From: Octopus sinensis
Lineage: Eukaryota
Direction of reading: 5' to 3'
Assembly (NCBI RefSeq): GCF_006345805.1
Contig: NC_042999.1
Location: 116,932,001 to 116,996,000 of the forward strand
DNA length: 64,000 nucleotides
Below, one piece after another: positions 38,912-50,178 of the stretch. Positions within the stretch are counted from its first letter, which is position 1; each line of letters opens with the position of its first letter. Under the pieces are notes generated by a model that worked only from the letters and a program-made list of their open reading frames with translations, was not told the origin of the DNA and made no database searches. A program made the position numbers and the translations under genes.

Positions 38912-38963
<52 letters not shown>

Positions 38964-39168
38964 AAACAATTTTTTTGTGGCCATTGCCTGTACCACCTGA
39001 CTGACCCTCGTGTCGGTGGCACATAAAAGAGTGGTTGACGCTAGGAAGGGCATCCAGCCGTAGAAACTCTCCCGGATCAAGATTGGAGCCTGGTGCTCAC
39101 CAGTCCTCTGTCAAATCGTCCAACCCATGCTAGCATGGAAAGCAAACATTAAATGATGATGATGATGA
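38728..39168. mobile_element. Two divergent RTE-type 3' tails around a (TA)n tract
   Basis: Minus copy 38728-38895 and plus copy 38978-39168, each ending in (GAT)n. Confidence 0.75.
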
Positions 39169-39192
39169 TATATATATATCATCATCATCATC

Positions 39193-39223
<31 letters not shown>

Positions 39224-39380
39224 ACATCAAAGTTTTATATAGAGTAACTCAAAGTGCAAAACCTTGGGTAACTCTATATAAAATTTTTTTGTAATAATTA
39301 CTGCTTTATTTTTTAGAGTGTGCTTCTTTCTGATACGTATATGCTTTTTTTTTTATCAACTGATTACCTATATATACACA

Positions 39381-40586
39381 CACATGTTAGAAGTAAATAG
39401 ACACCCCATAAAACATCGTTTTCTGTTTATTCTAACTTGTAAAGGTTTATATTTCTTATTAATTGACATTTTTATGTTTCAGATTCTATAAGTGATTGTT
39501 TAATCATGCCATGTACAAAAGAAGCCTTGGAACTGTCTGAATTTCAAAGAGGTCGCATTGTAGTTTGAAGGTGGATATAGTCAGTGTAAAATCACAGAAA
39601 ACCTTGGGATCTCACTTTCTACAGTTAATAGAGTGATTGTGCCATTCACCAGAGATGGGAAGGAGTCCACATCACCTCACCCAGATCAACCAGGATCCTC
39701 TAACAGGACCCTTCCCTTTGCTAAGAGAAGTGGGGAGGATAATCCTCATTGCAAGACCTCTGACATAGCAGAGCAAGTTGATGTCAGTCCAAGAACAGCT
39801 GTCAGGTATCTCCACAAACTTGGTTACTATGGCAGAGCAGCAAGAAGGAAGTCACATCTTTGACCAGCCAAAGTGGAGAAAAGATTGGGCCAGTGAGATG
39901 GTGGAGAGGCCATTAGCACACTGTCATATTCACTGATGAGCCCAGATTTGCTGTATTTCCTAACAGTGGTTGAGTGTGGGTCTGGAGACTCTGTGATCAA
40001 GAATTTGATGTGAAAAGATTGCAACCAGCAATGAAACACAGCAGCTATTCTGTGATGGTCTGGGGAACAATTTGAAGCAATGGTTGATCAGAGCTGGTGG
40101 AGTGTGAGGGAAAGATAAACACAAATAAATATGTGTCCATATTGCAGAAAGGACTCCTTCCAAACTTTTCCAGGGGTAAAATGATTAAAGAAGACTCTCT
40201 ATTTATGGAAGATGGGATTCCTTGTCACACAGTTAAAATGACCCAAGATATGTTGGAAAAGAATGGCATTAGAAAGCTTCCATAGCCAAGCCAGTCACCA
40301 GATATGAACCCTATGGAACACATCTGGGGCATAATGGACAGGACATTTCATGAACAGAACAAGAAAGCATCTTCAAAGCCAGATCTTTTGAGATTATTGC
40401 ATGAAACTTAGCAAGAAATTCCGCAAAAGAATATACACCAGCTTATCAGTAACATGCCTAAAAGAGCATGTCTACTAAATATTAAATGTTCACATTATAA
40501 CAACTAACAAATAATTTGAATGTATAATTTCAGATTTAAATAAATTCTAATGATTATAAGGGTGTCTATTTACTTCTTTCATGTCT
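39381..40586 (+). mobile_element. Full-length decayed Tc1 (DD34E) transposon
   Basis: TIRs ACATGTTAGAAGTAAATAGACACCC / GGGTGTCTATTTACTTCTTTCATGT; ELSEFQRGRIV, FTDE and EDGIPCHT...SPDMNPME with 34 residues between D and E; stops and frameshifts. Confidence 0.9.
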
Positions 40587-40590
40587 ATGA

Positions 40591-40633
<43 letters not shown>

Positions 40634-40974
40634 TTTAATAGAGAAGACGGAGTGTGCTGAAAAGCAGTTTATTATCATGACAATTGTTTCATCTTCATGA
40701 TGCTCTGCTCCTTAGTGGGCATGGAATGGTGCAATAACACCAGATGCAACAGACAGTGCAAAGAAGACTCTTCAGGTGGCATAATATGCTTTCAAGTTTG
40801 GGGATTTACATTTCAGTTTTGCTGCATTGAGAAATTCAGTCAGTTCAACTGGATATGTTCAAATGAAGAAGAAAAAAAAAATTCAGGAATGGAATTAGAG
40901 AGCACCTAACATGGGTGGGGTGTGGTGGGGTGTTTTTATTTGGGGTCATGATGTTATTATTAAAAATAAGAGTT

Positions 40975-41273
40975 AGTTCTTTCTTGAGCCATTCCTGGCT
41001 CATAAGGGCTGGTTTCCCGGTTTCCGTGGCATATAGGTTCCTCACCTGGACGGGACGCTAGTCCATCACAGGTAAGCTGCAAGATGCAGGAGGAAAAAGT
41101 GAGAGAAAGTTGTGGTGAAGGAGTCAGCAGAAGTTTGCCATTACCTTCTGTCGGAGCCGCATGGAGCTTAGGTGTTTCGCTCATAAACACACACATCACC
41201 CGGTCTGAGATTTGAAACCACGATCCCCCGACCGCGAATCCGCTGCTCTAACCATTAGGCTATGTGCCTCCAC
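40975..41273 (-). mobile_element. SINE family C
   Basis: Minus head GGAGGCACATAGCCTAATGGTTAGAGCAGCGG...GGTTTCAAATC; body as in the 55725 copy. Confidence 0.8.
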
Positions 41274-41856
41274 ATATTAAAAATAACAGATACAAAATAA
41301 AAAAAATAAATAATTGAAAAAATATATAGAATGTAGTGTATATGGAGGGGCCTGAGGATGTGTAAGTCTTTGATATGTGGTGGAAATGGCAGCCAAGTGT
41401 GATGACCTGCTCAGATTTAGGCCATTTGCCATCGTGGCTATGAACGTTTAAATAGACACACTACACAATCATAAGTTTATTCATACCTACACACCAGTAC
41501 ACTTTCTAATCCCTTAATCCTTTAACTTTAAAACCGACTTACATATATTTATATATATATTGGCCTGCTCACTTAGCCAGCGGGGTGGCATCATTTGAAG
41601 GCTAAAACAATGTGAAGCGCATTGTGACCAGCGATGTGTAGCAACATTTGATAGCTTGGTCGGTCACTGTGATCACGGTGATATATATAATAATAATAAT
41701 AAAAATAATAATAACAATAATAATAATGATAATAATAATAATGATAATAATAATAATAATTATAATAATAATAATAATATTAGGGAGTATAACTCCAAAC
41801 TTACAGGGTATAATTCAATTTAGTATTAAATCAAATTTCACAATACAAATATATAA

Positions 41857-42181
41857 AATATAAATTAGAGATAAAAACCACTATTATGCAATTCAAACAA
41901 TGATAGACATAAACCAAAACGTAAATAACAAATAAAATATATTTTTATAAAACATATAACTAGATCACAAAAAGTATAAAAATGAATAATCAATATATAA
42001 TAAGTAATTATTATATATATATTATTATAATTACTTATTATATATTGATTATTCATTTTTATACTTTTTGTGATCTAGTTATATGTTTTATAAAAATATA
42101 TTTTATTTGTTATTTATGTTTTGGTTTATGTCTATCATTGTTTGAATTGCATAATAGTGGTTTTTATCTCTAATTTATATT
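41857..42181. repeat. Near-perfect long AT-rich palindrome (~155-bp arms)
   Basis: Arms are reverse complements about ~42019; the ORF track shows near-identical peptides on both strands. Confidence 0.95.
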
Positions 42182-42188
42182 ATATATA

Positions 42189-42221
<33 letters not shown>

Positions 42222-42434
42222 ATCTATAGTTGTAGAAAACTGACTTTCATATTCTGTTTGTATGTATTCTTTTATTCTTTGAAAGCCTAGTACTTATTCT
42301 ATCAGTCTCTTTTACCAAACCACTAAGTCATGGGGACCATAAACACACCAACATCAGTTGTCAAATGGTGGTTGGGGATCAAACATAGACACACAAACAT
42401 ATATACATACATACACACATATATACATACATAT

Positions 42435-42642
42435 AATGTGACCGCGTGTGCACCGTTGGCGATTTCTTTTTTCCTCTGTCTTCCCTTCTCTGGATCTTTC
42501 CTTCTCCTATGTTTCTGACGAAGAGCTCCGCTTGAAACATTAAACCCTCCTTCTTTCCTTCTTTCCTGAGCATCCAAAATACTTTATTTGTTCCACGTCC
42601 TCGCGTTGTTGCGTTTTTTTGTGCTTTCTTGTTTGGATTAAC
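42435..42642 (+). mobile_element. pLTR-like repeat with a minimal hammerhead motif (family D) at 42511-42545
   Basis: GTTT-CTGACGA-A-GAGC-TCC-GCTT-GAAAC-ATT-AAAC; second diverged copy at 38510-38702. Confidence 0.7.
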
Positions 42643-42682
42643 TATATATATATATATATATTATATATATATATATATATGA

Positions 42683-42767
<85 letters not shown>

Positions 42768-42793
42768 ATATATATATTTTTATTTATAGAAGG

Positions 42794-42844
42794 AGCTTCT
42801 ACAGGACTAGAACTGTTTCATTCAAGAGAAATCTTCAGGAAGCT
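42794..42844 (-). ncRNA. Type I hammerhead ribozyme motif (family C, inverted copy)
   Basis: Exact reverse complement of 43920-43970. Confidence 0.8.
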
Positions 42845-43467
42845 AGTTAACAAGAATTGTATTGGCATTTATACATTTAGGCAGGTTTAAAGGGGTGTTG
42901 GTGGGGGACTTTTTGGGGGTAGGCATAGCGCAAAAAATCATACTTGGGGGAGTGGTCAAGGAGTCAGTGTTAAATTAGATAGGAGAATAAATAAAAAATA
43001 AAAAATAAAAAATAAAAAATAAAAAATAAAAAATAAAAAAAATAAAAAATAAAAAATAAAAAATAAAAAATAAAAATATATATATATATATATATATATT
43101 GTTTTAGGTAAATAAGGAGATTCTCACCCATACCTCTACACATACACACATATATACACTCACACATACATATACATATCTACACATACACATATATATG
43201 TATACATACACACACTCACTTGCATACACGTATACACACATGTATATATACACACACGACCACACATACATATACACACAGAAAAATATATATATACACA
43301 TACACACACATACTCACATACACGCATACACACACAACAAATCCATACACACACATGCACACACAGCACACTAGTCCCTATATACACATATATACACATA
43401 CACACATATATATACACCCACACATACACATACATACACATATATATACATACATACACATACATAT

Positions 43468-43528
<61 letters not shown>

Positions 43529-43919
43529 TATACACATGTGTACCCATGCATACCTACACATACACACATATATATATACATATACAAATACAGACCCATT
43601 CCCTAATTTTAATTTTATTATCTTCGTTTATTACTTTTGTTATCTTTGGCCGCTTGGTCACAAACATCTTGGCTATGACAGCCAGACCATTTATCCGTCT
43701 ACTGGAAAACAATTACTCATTTATTTTTTATTTTTTATTTTTTATTTTTTATTTTTTATTTTTTATTTTTTATTTATTCTCCTATCTAATTTAACACTGA
43801 CTCCTTGACCACTCCCCCAAGTATGATTTTTTGCGCTATGCCTACCCCCAAAAAGTCCCCCACCAACACCCCTTTAAACCTGCCTAAATGTATAAATGCC
43901 AATACAATTCTTGTTAACT

Positions 43920-43970
43920 AGCTTCCTGAAGATTTCTCTTGAATGAAACAGTTCTAGTCCTGTAGAAGCT
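43920..43970 (+). ncRNA. Type I hammerhead ribozyme motif (family C)
   Basis: Stem I AGCTTC/GAAGCT; CTGAAGA 43926-32; stem II TTC-TCTT-GAA closed by T.T; GAAA; stem III ACAG/CTGT; GUA triplet ending at 43964. Confidence 0.85.
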
Positions 43971-44056
43971 CCTTCTATATAATAAATTAATTTTACTCTG
44001 CTATGTATTGAGTACCTTATTTACTGTGGTTAACCCCGAATCAACCCGGGACCTAC

Positions 44057-44089
<33 letters not shown>

Positions 44090-44490
44090 AGGCTTCGAAT
44101 GATTTGTCTGTGTTCCGTGTTCGTCCCTTCCTGTATTTCATGTTCATTATATATAAAAACATTCATTCTTATATTATTGCGGCGTTACGTGCACCCCCCC
44201 GTTTGTTTGTCCAATTTTAAACCCTGCACGACTTCTATACACACTGTCTTTCCTACCCGCCATTGCTTCTTCACCAAACTATTTTGGCGCCCTCCGATTC
44301 TTCCCCCCTCTTCCTCCCATCCTCCTTAATCCCTCTTTCTCCTTTTCTCTTGGTCACTGATTCTGTCCCCTGCCTCCACCCTCTTTGATTCCCTCTCTCT
44401 CTGTCTCTCTTTCTCTCTCTCTCCTGCGACCTGCTGATTCTTAACCATTCTGTTGGCCATCGTATCTTGACCAACATGTGTCCCCGCGGA

Positions 44491-44525
44491 TCAGTTGTCT
44501 GTTCGTCAGTTTGAGTTCGGTCGTG
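44491..44525 (+). promoter_or_regulatory. Putative internal Pol II promoter (Inr + DPE-like)
   Basis: TCAGTT initiator 3 nt inside the element's 5' end and GGTCGTG at about +27 to +33, as in internal LINE promoters. Confidence 0.5.
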
Positions 44526-44685
44526 TTTTTTACGCTCGTAAAATTCGGTAAAAAAAGATCAAAAAGAATTGTTGTTGTTGTTGTGGAAATTTTGAACGGC
44601 GTTAAAGCGGTTTCGCGTTCCACTGGTTCTGCGCGTTACACTTTTTCTGTTTTGACGGCCGTTTTGGCCTGTCAGGCGGGAGGAG

Positions 44686-46074
44686 ATGGATGACCACTCC
44701 CTAGTAGAGGAGTCGGAGGAAGAATGGATATTTGAGAGCTTGTCGGAGACATCGAACTCTGAAGACGAGCAAATCGGTGATGTAAATAATGTGGAGACAA
44801 AAAACAGGAAAACGTACGCAGGAGTTGCAAAAAAGAAGACGGAACAGGAAAAAGAAATAAACCTAGAAAAATTGCCAGGTTTCCAGAGGTATATGAGGAA
44901 GGACAGCGGCGAGGTGGAACTGGAACCACCACCAAAGAGAAAGGAATGGTACAATAAGAGGACCATAATTTACAGGGTGTTCGTGAACGAAAGAAAGAAA
45001 ATAGAGATCGTAAACATGGAATGGATAGAGGAGGCCCTGAGAAGATCGGAGGAGGAAATCATTTTTCTGACTCGAGGATCGAAGTACGGTACTGTAGTGG
45101 TGCATTTTAAAAGTGAGACTGCAGCGAGGAGGATGGCGGTGAAGGCGGTGAAGTCAGAAAGGGTAACACTTTTACCTATGTACTTGAATAGAAGGATCAC
45201 ACGAGTAAGGGTGGAGGGAGTGCCACCAAACGTGGAGGCTGAGTGGATTGTGGCGGCTGTGATCAGCGGCCACGAGGAGAAAGTAGATATTCTCCATGCC
45301 TCGGTCAAGACCGAGGGCTGGAGAGGCGTAATAGTGGAGCTGAACGCGCAGGCGGAGAGCGAGGTACTGGTGGACCTGGCGGAGAGCATTAAATTGGGAG
45401 ACGTGATTATGAGAGTGTGGGTGGAGGGCAGAGCTCCACGTTGTTACAAGTGTGGCCTGAGGGGCCACATAAGAGCCTTCTGCCCTCCCCCACCAAGAGA
45501 AAAGGAAATCGTTGAGGAAACTCCAAAAGAGGAGGCCCCAAAAGAAGAAATTAAAGAGAAGCAGACGGAAAGGGAAATGACAGAGGAGGAGGAGATGCAA
45601 AAAGAGTGTGAGGAGGGCAGAAAGAAGAGAAAAGGAAAGAAAAGGAAAAACTGTGCGAAGCCCCAACCCACCCCAATACCACCCACACCCTTGGAGACCC
45701 ATCCTGCCCCCGCAAACAGCAATCCCACCCACTCCCCGCCTACAAGAAAAACGAAAACAGACACACAGAACATACAAAAGCCCCAGTCCTACTTTTTATG
45801 TGTTGTGGGGAAGGGGGATACTGAGAACGCAAGAAGGCTTTTTGAAGACGATGTATGGCAGGAGTATGAGGACGGAAGCTATGCGGTATTCGATTTTGAA
45901 CTCATGGGCTCTTTGATGAGCAAGTGCAATGAACTACGTATAAATTGTTTATCAGCATATATGAAGGATGATATGATAGAGAGATATGAGAGAGAAATGA
46001 AAGGTGAGGTGAAAAACTTTGGAATCGTGATAGGAAACGGAAAGGTAAGTGATGCTGGCGGAGGGGGCCGTTAG
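44686..46074 (+). CDS. 462-aa ORF1p/Gag-like nucleic-acid-binding protein with a CCHC zinc knuckle
   Basis: Uninterrupted ORF; TYAGV motif, RRM-like segments (RITRVRVEGVPPNV), RVWVEGRAPR-CYKCGLRGHIRAFC (CX2CX4HX4C) as in Tx1/L1-clade ORF1p; basic KKRKGKKRK patch. Confidence 0.85.
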   Translation: MDDHSLVEESEEEWIFESLSETSNSEDEQIGDVNNVETKNRKTYAGVAKKKTEQEKEINLEKLPGFQRYMRKDSGEVELEPPPKRKEWYNKRTIIYRVFVNERKKIEIVNMEWIEEALRRSEEEIIFLTRGSKYGTVVVHFKSETAARRMAVKAVKSERVTLLPMYLNRRITRVRVEGVPPNVEAEWIVAAVISGHEEKVDILHASVKTEGWRGVIVELNAQAESEVLVDLAESIKLGDVIMRVWVEGRAPRCYKCGLRGHIRAFCPPPPREKEIVEETPKEEAPKEEIKEKQTEREMTEEEEMQKECEEGRKKRKGKKRKNCAKPQPTPIPPTPLETHPAPANSNPTHSPPTRKTKTDTQNIQKPQSYFLCVVGKGDTENARRLFEDDVWQEYEDGSYAVFDFELMGSLMSKCNELRINCLSAYMKDDMIERYEREMKGEVKNFGIVIGNGKVSDAGGGGR

Positions 46075-46629
46075 CATCGCTTTCATGTTATCATTTTTTC
46101 ATTTTAACATTCATTTAATCATAATTTTAATCGCATTGTTTTATGTCCCCCATGTTTTGTAATGTTCCCTCTTCGTGGCCCCTAGTGGGTAATAAAGAAA
46201 TAGACCAACATGTGTCCCCGCTACCGAAACGGTAATTATTTCTACGTCAGCTGCTATGTTGTTGTTGTTTTGTCTCATTTGGTCTAAAGTCGTATGACAA
46301 CCACCGTTATATATATTTTGTTTATTCATTACTGTTTTCAATTTCGTTTTCGTCTCTTGTATTTACATCCGTCTTGTGCGTTCACATTCCTGTCTTCTAC
46401 CAAGAAATCTAATGCTTACAGCTTAGTTTTTTTCTTGGGGCTGGCCGAGTTGGAGCAAATATCAGAATTGAACAGCCGAAATTTGCTATGATGATTCGGT
46501 GTCTGACTGAAGATTGAAGGCTTCGAATGATTTGTCTGTGTTCCGTGTTCGTCCCTTCCTGTATTTCACATTCATTATATATAAAAACATTCATTCTTAT
46601 ATATATATATATATATCTTTATATATATA

Positions 46630-47015
46630 TACGGTGGGCTTCTTTCAGTTTCTGTCTCCCAAATCCACTCACAAGGCTTTGGTTAGCCTGAGGCTGTAGT
46701 AGAAGACATTTGCCCAAGGTGTCACACAGCAGGACTGAACCCGGAACCATGTGGTTGGGAAGTAAGGTTCTTACCACACCTGTAACTTAGAATCAACATA
46801 AAGCAGTGACCTGGTAGAATTGTTAGCGAGTGGGGCAAAATGCTTATGAGTATTTCATCCGTCTTTACATTCTGGGTTCAAATTCTGCTGGGGTTGACTT
46901 TGTCTTCATCCTTTCGGGGTCAATAAAATAAGTACCAGTCAAGCACTAAGGTTGATGTAATCAACTAGTCTCCTCCCCTGAAATTTTAGGCCTTGTGCCT
47001 ATAGTAAAAAGGGTT
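46630..47015. mobile_element. SINE A head (minus, 46630-46780) and SINE B (plus, 46805-47015)
   Basis: Family-diagnostic motifs as described above. Confidence 0.8.
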
Positions 47016-47109
47016 TTAGACTCAACACTAGATTGTGGTTATAGAAGGATTCAACCTATGTACTTTTAGACATAAGAATTTCCAGCATCTCTGACACCTA
47101 GAACACCCT

Positions 47110-47990
47110 CAGAACAGAAGGGCTTTTTTTTTCATTATTATATCAACTAATACTGTTAGACAGTTAACAGAGAGTACTTTATGAATGTTTTGAGAGAGTT
47201 TAGGAAGAAATTCTGTCACAATGGGTTAAAGCAGCTGCACCAGCAGTGTTGGATTAACCATTAAGCAAAATAAGCACGTGCTTGGGGCATCAAGGGAAAA
47301 AGGGGGCACCACAGAAATGGTAAACAGTTTACGACATAAAAGACATCACTTTGCTAAAATAATATTCAGGATGCCTTTACCTCTACTAAGTATAGATGCA
47401 GATGTGTTACCTAAGATTTATTTTGAGGATCTGATCAAAGACTTTGCAATTCAAAAAAGTAGGAGGAAACTTTTCAAATATAAATAAAGTGGAAGTATAC
47501 AAAAGTAAACATTATTTTTCCTCTTACTGTTTTGAAAAATAAAAATTTATTTCATGGTTTGTTATTGTTCATATTTTGAATTACATAATCTTTTATGGGG
47601 ACACCAAAATCTTTTAAGTGCTTAGGGCCTTGATGGATCTTAATCCAGCCCTGTGCACCAGGACAGTTCACTAGTTTATAAACTCATCTGGGTAAACAAC
47701 TATTTGATAGAGATGGGTATCAAAACTATTCCTCAGCCTCCCTATGGTCCAGACCTTGCTTCCTGTAACTTTTGGTAATCACCTAAGCTGAAAAAGAAGA
47801 TGAAGAAGGGTGTGACAAAGGTCCTGGAAACCTTTGCCTTGGATGATTTCCAAGAAAGGGTTGGGGGCAGGCTTCATGAAATGGCTAGAGTGCTACAACA
47901 AGTGCATTTAATTCTACTTTGAGGAGATTAGAGTTCTGTACTACTTTGAAATTAATTAATGCCTCTCCTGAAGTTCTGGAGTACACTTTG
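47110..47990 (+). mobile_element. Decayed mariner (DD34D-type) transposase 3' part, split by a hAT element
   Basis: TVNREY, LHQ|DS and MGIKTIPQPPYGPDLASCNFW*SPKLK match the mariner HPPYSPDLAPCDF motif. Confidence 0.75.
47244..47653 (+). mobile_element. Non-autonomous hAT (Tip100-like) element with 8-bp TSD
   Basis: TIRs CAGTGTTGGATTAA / TTAATCCAGCCCTG; TSD TGCACCAG (47236-43, 47654-61); LLSIDADVLPKIYFEDLIKDFAIQKSRR resembles the end of the hAT dimerisation domain. Confidence 0.9.
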
Positions 47991-48172
47991 TATGCATGTA
48001 TGCTTATGTAGTATGTATGTGTATGTGTGTATGTATGTAGGTAGGTATGTATGTGTGTGTGTATATATGTATGTATGTATGTAAGCATGTATATATGTAT
48101 GTATATGTGTATGTGTGTGTATGTATGTAGCCAGACAGACAAACAGACTGACAGACGGACGGATGGACAGAC

Positions 48173-48175
<3 letters not shown>

Positions 48176-48257
<82 letters not shown>

Positions 48258-48262
48258 GGATG

Positions 48263-48327
<65 letters not shown>
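48176..48327. repeat. (AGAT)n microsatellite, internal tract of a minus-strand SINE A (48328-48460)
   Basis: Directly visible. Confidence 0.9.
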
Positions 48328-48328
<1 letters not shown>

Positions 48329-49917
48329 ACAATCTTCTTTCAGTTTCCATCAACTGAATCCACTTACAAGGTCTTTTGGTCAGCTCTGGGGCTATAGCAG
48401 AAGACACTTGCCCAAGATGCCTTGTTGTGAGACCAAACTCAGAACAATGTGATTGCAAACAATACATAATTTTGATAGTTTAGGAGTTTTAATTATGTGA
48501 AGACTAGAAGAAATAAAAATATCTTACTAGAAAAAACAGGTAAAGTTTAGCAAGAGAAAGGGTCTCCTCCCCTAGAGAATTCTGCTGTAATAAATCTTGC
48601 TCAACTTATGCCAGCATGGAAAAACTAGAGGTTAACATGCTACTGCTGCAGATGATGATGATGAAGATGATGATGCTGGGTAGATATGTTAGCAGTGTTG
48701 GTGGCAATGGTATTGATGGTGACAGCAGCATTTGTAGCCTGGATATTGGTAGTAGCAGTGGTGTTGGCGGCGGTGATGTTTTCTAATATAAGCCATAGGC
48801 CATAAAGTTAGGGAGAAGATATTGTCGGTTAGACTGATCTAAGGTACTTAACTGGTTCTTATTTCGTCAACCTTATTCAAGTCCAGTCTCATAAAGTTAT
48901 GTAAAAGGAAGTGACTACATACATTGAAGTACTCTTGTCAGATGTTTGACCAACTGTACAAGCTTATTTATTTAATCGTATTTATTTAATCGTATTTATT
49001 TAATCGTCAACTTAATCAAATAGTATAGCCCTTCCCCAGAGACTGAGCCTTGTACCTAGTCAAAAGAAAGCATGGTAAAGTTTGATCATGTTCACTAAAC
49101 TAAATGATTGGATTGTCTTACAATGGTCAATCCTATTCATCTTTATTCCTTTACAAGAAACCAAAAACAAATAAGCAAAAAAGATACAATAAATCTGCTA
49201 AAATTGCAAAGGAAAAAAAACATCAATTTATCATTTGGATAGAAAAGATAATTTTCATGAACAATTCAGTTCAGTTGTTTCTTCCTCTAGAAGATTAAAG
49301 AACAAATAAATTAGAAATACGAAAGCAAAATATATATATATAAAAAAAAAAAAAAACGAAACCAAAAGAAAGCCCAAAACTGCACAGACATCAAGTATAG
49401 TCTTTCAGCAAGTTAACGATCAAGTTTTATTCTTTTTTTTTTTTTGTAAATAGTTATCATAGGAAAGATTAAAAGTGAAATAACATTGGCACTTCACCAA
49501 TTAAAGTAAATTAAATTTAGCTTATTTAACTCTACTCAGTGCCAACCCAACACTGATAAAGTGGTTATAAAGAATAATTGATTGATAAGATACAATAGGA
49601 AAACAGAACGGGATTTATTTTATCTGAATATTTTATAAGATATCATCATCATCATCATCATCATCTTTTTAATATCCACTTGTCTCTGCTTGCATGGGTC
49701 AGACAAAGTTTAATGAGCCAGATTTTTCTATGGCCAAATGCCCTTCCACCAGTTTTCAAGCAAAATAATATTTCTCCATAGCCAGACATGTTCTCAAAGA
49801 ATTCTGGAAAGGAACGACACTAATCGTATGGCAATGACAATCATTTACAATCATCACATAATGTTCAAAACAAGGAAGCAGAAATATGCACAAGCACACA
49901 TGATCACACACACACAC

Positions 49918-49959
<42 letters not shown>

Positions 49960-49964
<5 letters not shown>

Positions 49965-50178
49965 AGGTGCTGAAAAGTTTCTGGCTTTGGGTAAAATAAA
50001 ATATGGGAGGATCGGTTAATTATGATTTTACTCAACATATTTTCCTTTCAAATTCACACATTTATTGCAGCTGTCCTTCTGTTTATCTGAGCCCTGTAAA
50101 AGAACTCAGAAAGTTGAGCCTCCAGCCAGGCCTTTTGCAGTACTCTTATAGTCAGGAAATTTTCAGCACATCTTCATA
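49960..50178. mobile_element. mariner-type MITE
   Basis: CGAGGAGGTGCTGAAAAGTTTCTGGCT / AGTCAGGAAATTTTCAGCACATCTTCA inverted ends. Confidence 0.65.

Larger units (their letters stand above)
42785..44057 (+). mobile_element. Non-coding Penelope-type element with an inverted partial copy (family C)
   Basis: Inverted arms ~42785-43075 / ~43720-43979, including (TAAAAAA)n; 3' extension to GGGACCTACAT shared with 52190-52390. Confidence 0.8.
44488..46202 (+). mobile_element. Complete ORF1-only non-LTR retroelement (half-LINE, L1/Tx1-like)
   Basis: Perfect 19-bp TSD GACCAACATGTGTCCCCGC (44469-44487, 46203-46221); single ORF; 3' end AATAAAGAAATA; no RT or endonuclease. Confidence 0.85.
44089..46602. 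mobile_element. ~780-bp non-coding element with 86-bp terminal direct repeats, host of the ORF1-only insertion
   Basis: 44089-44174 and 46517-46602 are identical except CATG/CACA; (TA)n flanks. Confidence 0.75.

Noticed and set aside
44559-45777. Several antisense ORFs (up to 201 aa)
   Set aside because: Shadows of the purine-rich 462-aa sense ORF.
44089-46602. Gag-only LTR retrotransposon with 86-bp LTRs
   Set aside because: The ORF-bearing segment has its own 19-bp TSD and LINE-like tail, so it is a separate insertion; the repeats lack TG..CA, PBS and PPT.
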